NCBI RefSeq assembly: GCF_018350175.1
Contig: NC_058368.1
Coordinates: 197,224,001-197,288,000 of the forward strand
Source: Felis catus
Lineage: Eukaryota
Direction: 5' to 3'
DNA: 64,000 bases
The translations under genes and the position numbers were made by a program. Positions 62,281 through 64,000 of this stretch are shown here, piece by piece. The stretch's first letter is position 1, and each line of letters opens with the position of its first letter. The notes below the pieces were generated by a model. That model ran no database searches and was not told the origin of the DNA. It saw only the letters and a program-made list of their open reading frames with translations.

Positions 62281-63673
62281 CTCACTTATACCTACCCTCA
62301 GAGACATTCTTGTCATTTTCTACTTATGCAAACCTGTTGGGCTTTTCCATAGAGTGATGGCCATGAAAACATGTCTCAGAATTTTCCAACTACAGGGAGC
62401 TTGACTGATTGGTTCTTCTTGTCTAGGGTTCTTTTTCATAATATGTGCTGATGAATCCAGCTCTTTGGAGAGAACTTGGGTCCACTCTACCAGCCCCGAA
62501 TTGCTGTTGGGAAAACAATCTTATTTTTCCTTCATCATTATAAAGATAGGAAGAAAAGAGTTAGAAGAAGCTAAAAAAACAAAAACAAAAAAACAAAAAA
62601 CTATACCCGTGAGGATGTCCACAACAATCGGAGGCAGCCAGGAAAGACGCAGAAGGAAGCTGGGGGTGGGATTCCCGGTGGAATTGGCTGTGAAAGTCAT
62701 CAGGAAAGCAGAATCTTGGCTCTGTCCTTGCAAGAGAATGAAGCCGAAAACTGCAGAGCGGAGGGTCCCTTTGTTTGGAAGTTTGTTTTGAACTTTGAGA
62801 CTCCAGAATGGAGATAAACACGTCTCACTCGGAAACAGGCAAAGGCTCCTGGGTGTTGGAAAGCCAGGTGGGAAAACCACTGGGAGACAGATTGTCCACC
62901 TTCTTCGTGGGATGGAAGAACTTCCCCCATTATGCTTCTCTTCTGCTCCAAGAGCCCCTCTGTCTTTCGACTTCCGGTCCCCGACTGGGGTGGTTTCTAG
63001 CTTTCTTCCCCATATTCTGACCCTCTCAAGGCTCTCCCTGACGAACCCAGCCCTAGGCTCCCCAACTTTTCTTCCTAGTTGCCCTTCTTTCGCTCTCATC
63101 CGGCTGCACCCCACATCTCTCTCCTGCCCGGGAGCCTGTGCCTCTCACCGCACTGCTGTGTGCTCCTGTCCATTCACGAATACCCCCTCACTCACCCTTC
63201 TCTGGACACCACATCCTTCTGGCCTGGGAGATGTGGCAATGGTGGGAAGAGGTGCTTATGATCCAGTGATTTCTACTTGCCATTCTTAGACTATTTGAGT
63301 ATCCCACCAAGAGTGAGTACTTTAATTTTTATTTTTCGAAAATAATACGTAGTTGTTAGCGAGAAGAGGCAGATTATATGTGGTAGCAGGGGAGAACGTT
63401 CAGGGTATGTGGTTAGATAAGCAAATTGCAGAAAAATATACTCTGTACTTTTTTTTTAGGGTGATGTATATTGGTGGACCTATGTGTTATGTAATCTATA
63501 GAACATGTAGAATATACATATCATATAACATAGTTAAATCATTTTTCCATAAATGGGATCCCATATAGGTACCACATATACCTATCTCTATATGACGTAG
63601 AAAAAGACATGGGAATACACACTCATAATTATCAGGCTCTTGGATCAAAGTAACTTTTTTGGATTATGTAGTC

Positions 63674-63899
63674 TTTTATATTTAATTTTTTTTAACGCTT
63701 TTATTTATTTTTGAGACAGAGAGGAACAGAGCATGAACGGGGGAGGGGCAGAGAGAGAGGGAGACACAGAATCGGAAGCAGGCTCCAGGCTCTGAGCCAT
63801 CAGCCCAGAGCCCGACGCGGGGCTCGAACTCACGGACTGTGAGATCGTGACCTGAGCCGAAGTCGGACGCTTAACCGACTGAGCCACCCAGGCGCCCCC
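63674..63899 (-). mobile_element. Can-SINE
   Basis: Perfect 16 bp TSD tggattatgtagtctt. Confidence 0.96.
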
Positions 63900-64000
63900 T
63901 GGATTATGTAGTCTTAACAAAATCACTTGGACAAGGGTAAGCTTCTGTGCAGGCACTTATTCGAAGAAGAACTAAGGTATTCTTTCGTTTTCTGGTTCAT

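Noticed and set aside
62521..63289. Overlapping 197 aa and 164 aa ORFs upstream of the promoter
   Set aside because: No recognisable homology or splice structure; consistent with chance.
9379..63956. Recurrent short ORFs of the WVAQSVKRPTSAQVMIS type
   Set aside because: Translations of Can-SINE copies, not a gene family.
1..64000. CRISPR arrays, operons or other prokaryote-type systems
   Set aside because: No repeat-spacer structure or dense ORF clusters; the sequence is mammalian intronic DNA throughout.

Overview
Mammalian genomic DNA, almost certainly a felid (about 20 cat-type Can-SINE copies). The window holds the 5' part of ABLIM3 (actin-binding LIM protein 3) on the minus strand: a CpG-island promoter (~59100-59600), a predicted non-coding exon 1, exon 2 with the start codon (MNTS), a 38.2 kb intron, and coding exons 3-5. 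These splice with canonical GT-AG sites into one frame encoding LIM domains 1 and 2. The rest of the gene lies beyond position 1. Everything else is intronic or upstream sequence made of Can-SINE, L1, L2, MIR, CR1/L3, MaLR LTR and MER DNA-transposon relics, plus two long simple-sequence tracts: a degenerate (GGT)n and a 610 bp pure-purine run. Nearly all ORFs in the six-frame track are spurious. I found no convincing new gene system. The most unusual thing visible is the ABLIM3 5' leader. It contains a chain of three uORFs joined by AUGA stop/start overlaps, one of them in frame with the CDS and separated from it by a single TGA, and a fourth upstream ATG that becomes in frame if exon 2 is skipped. 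These depend on my predicted exon 1 boundaries. Repeat subfamily names and boundaries were assigned by eye and are approximate.
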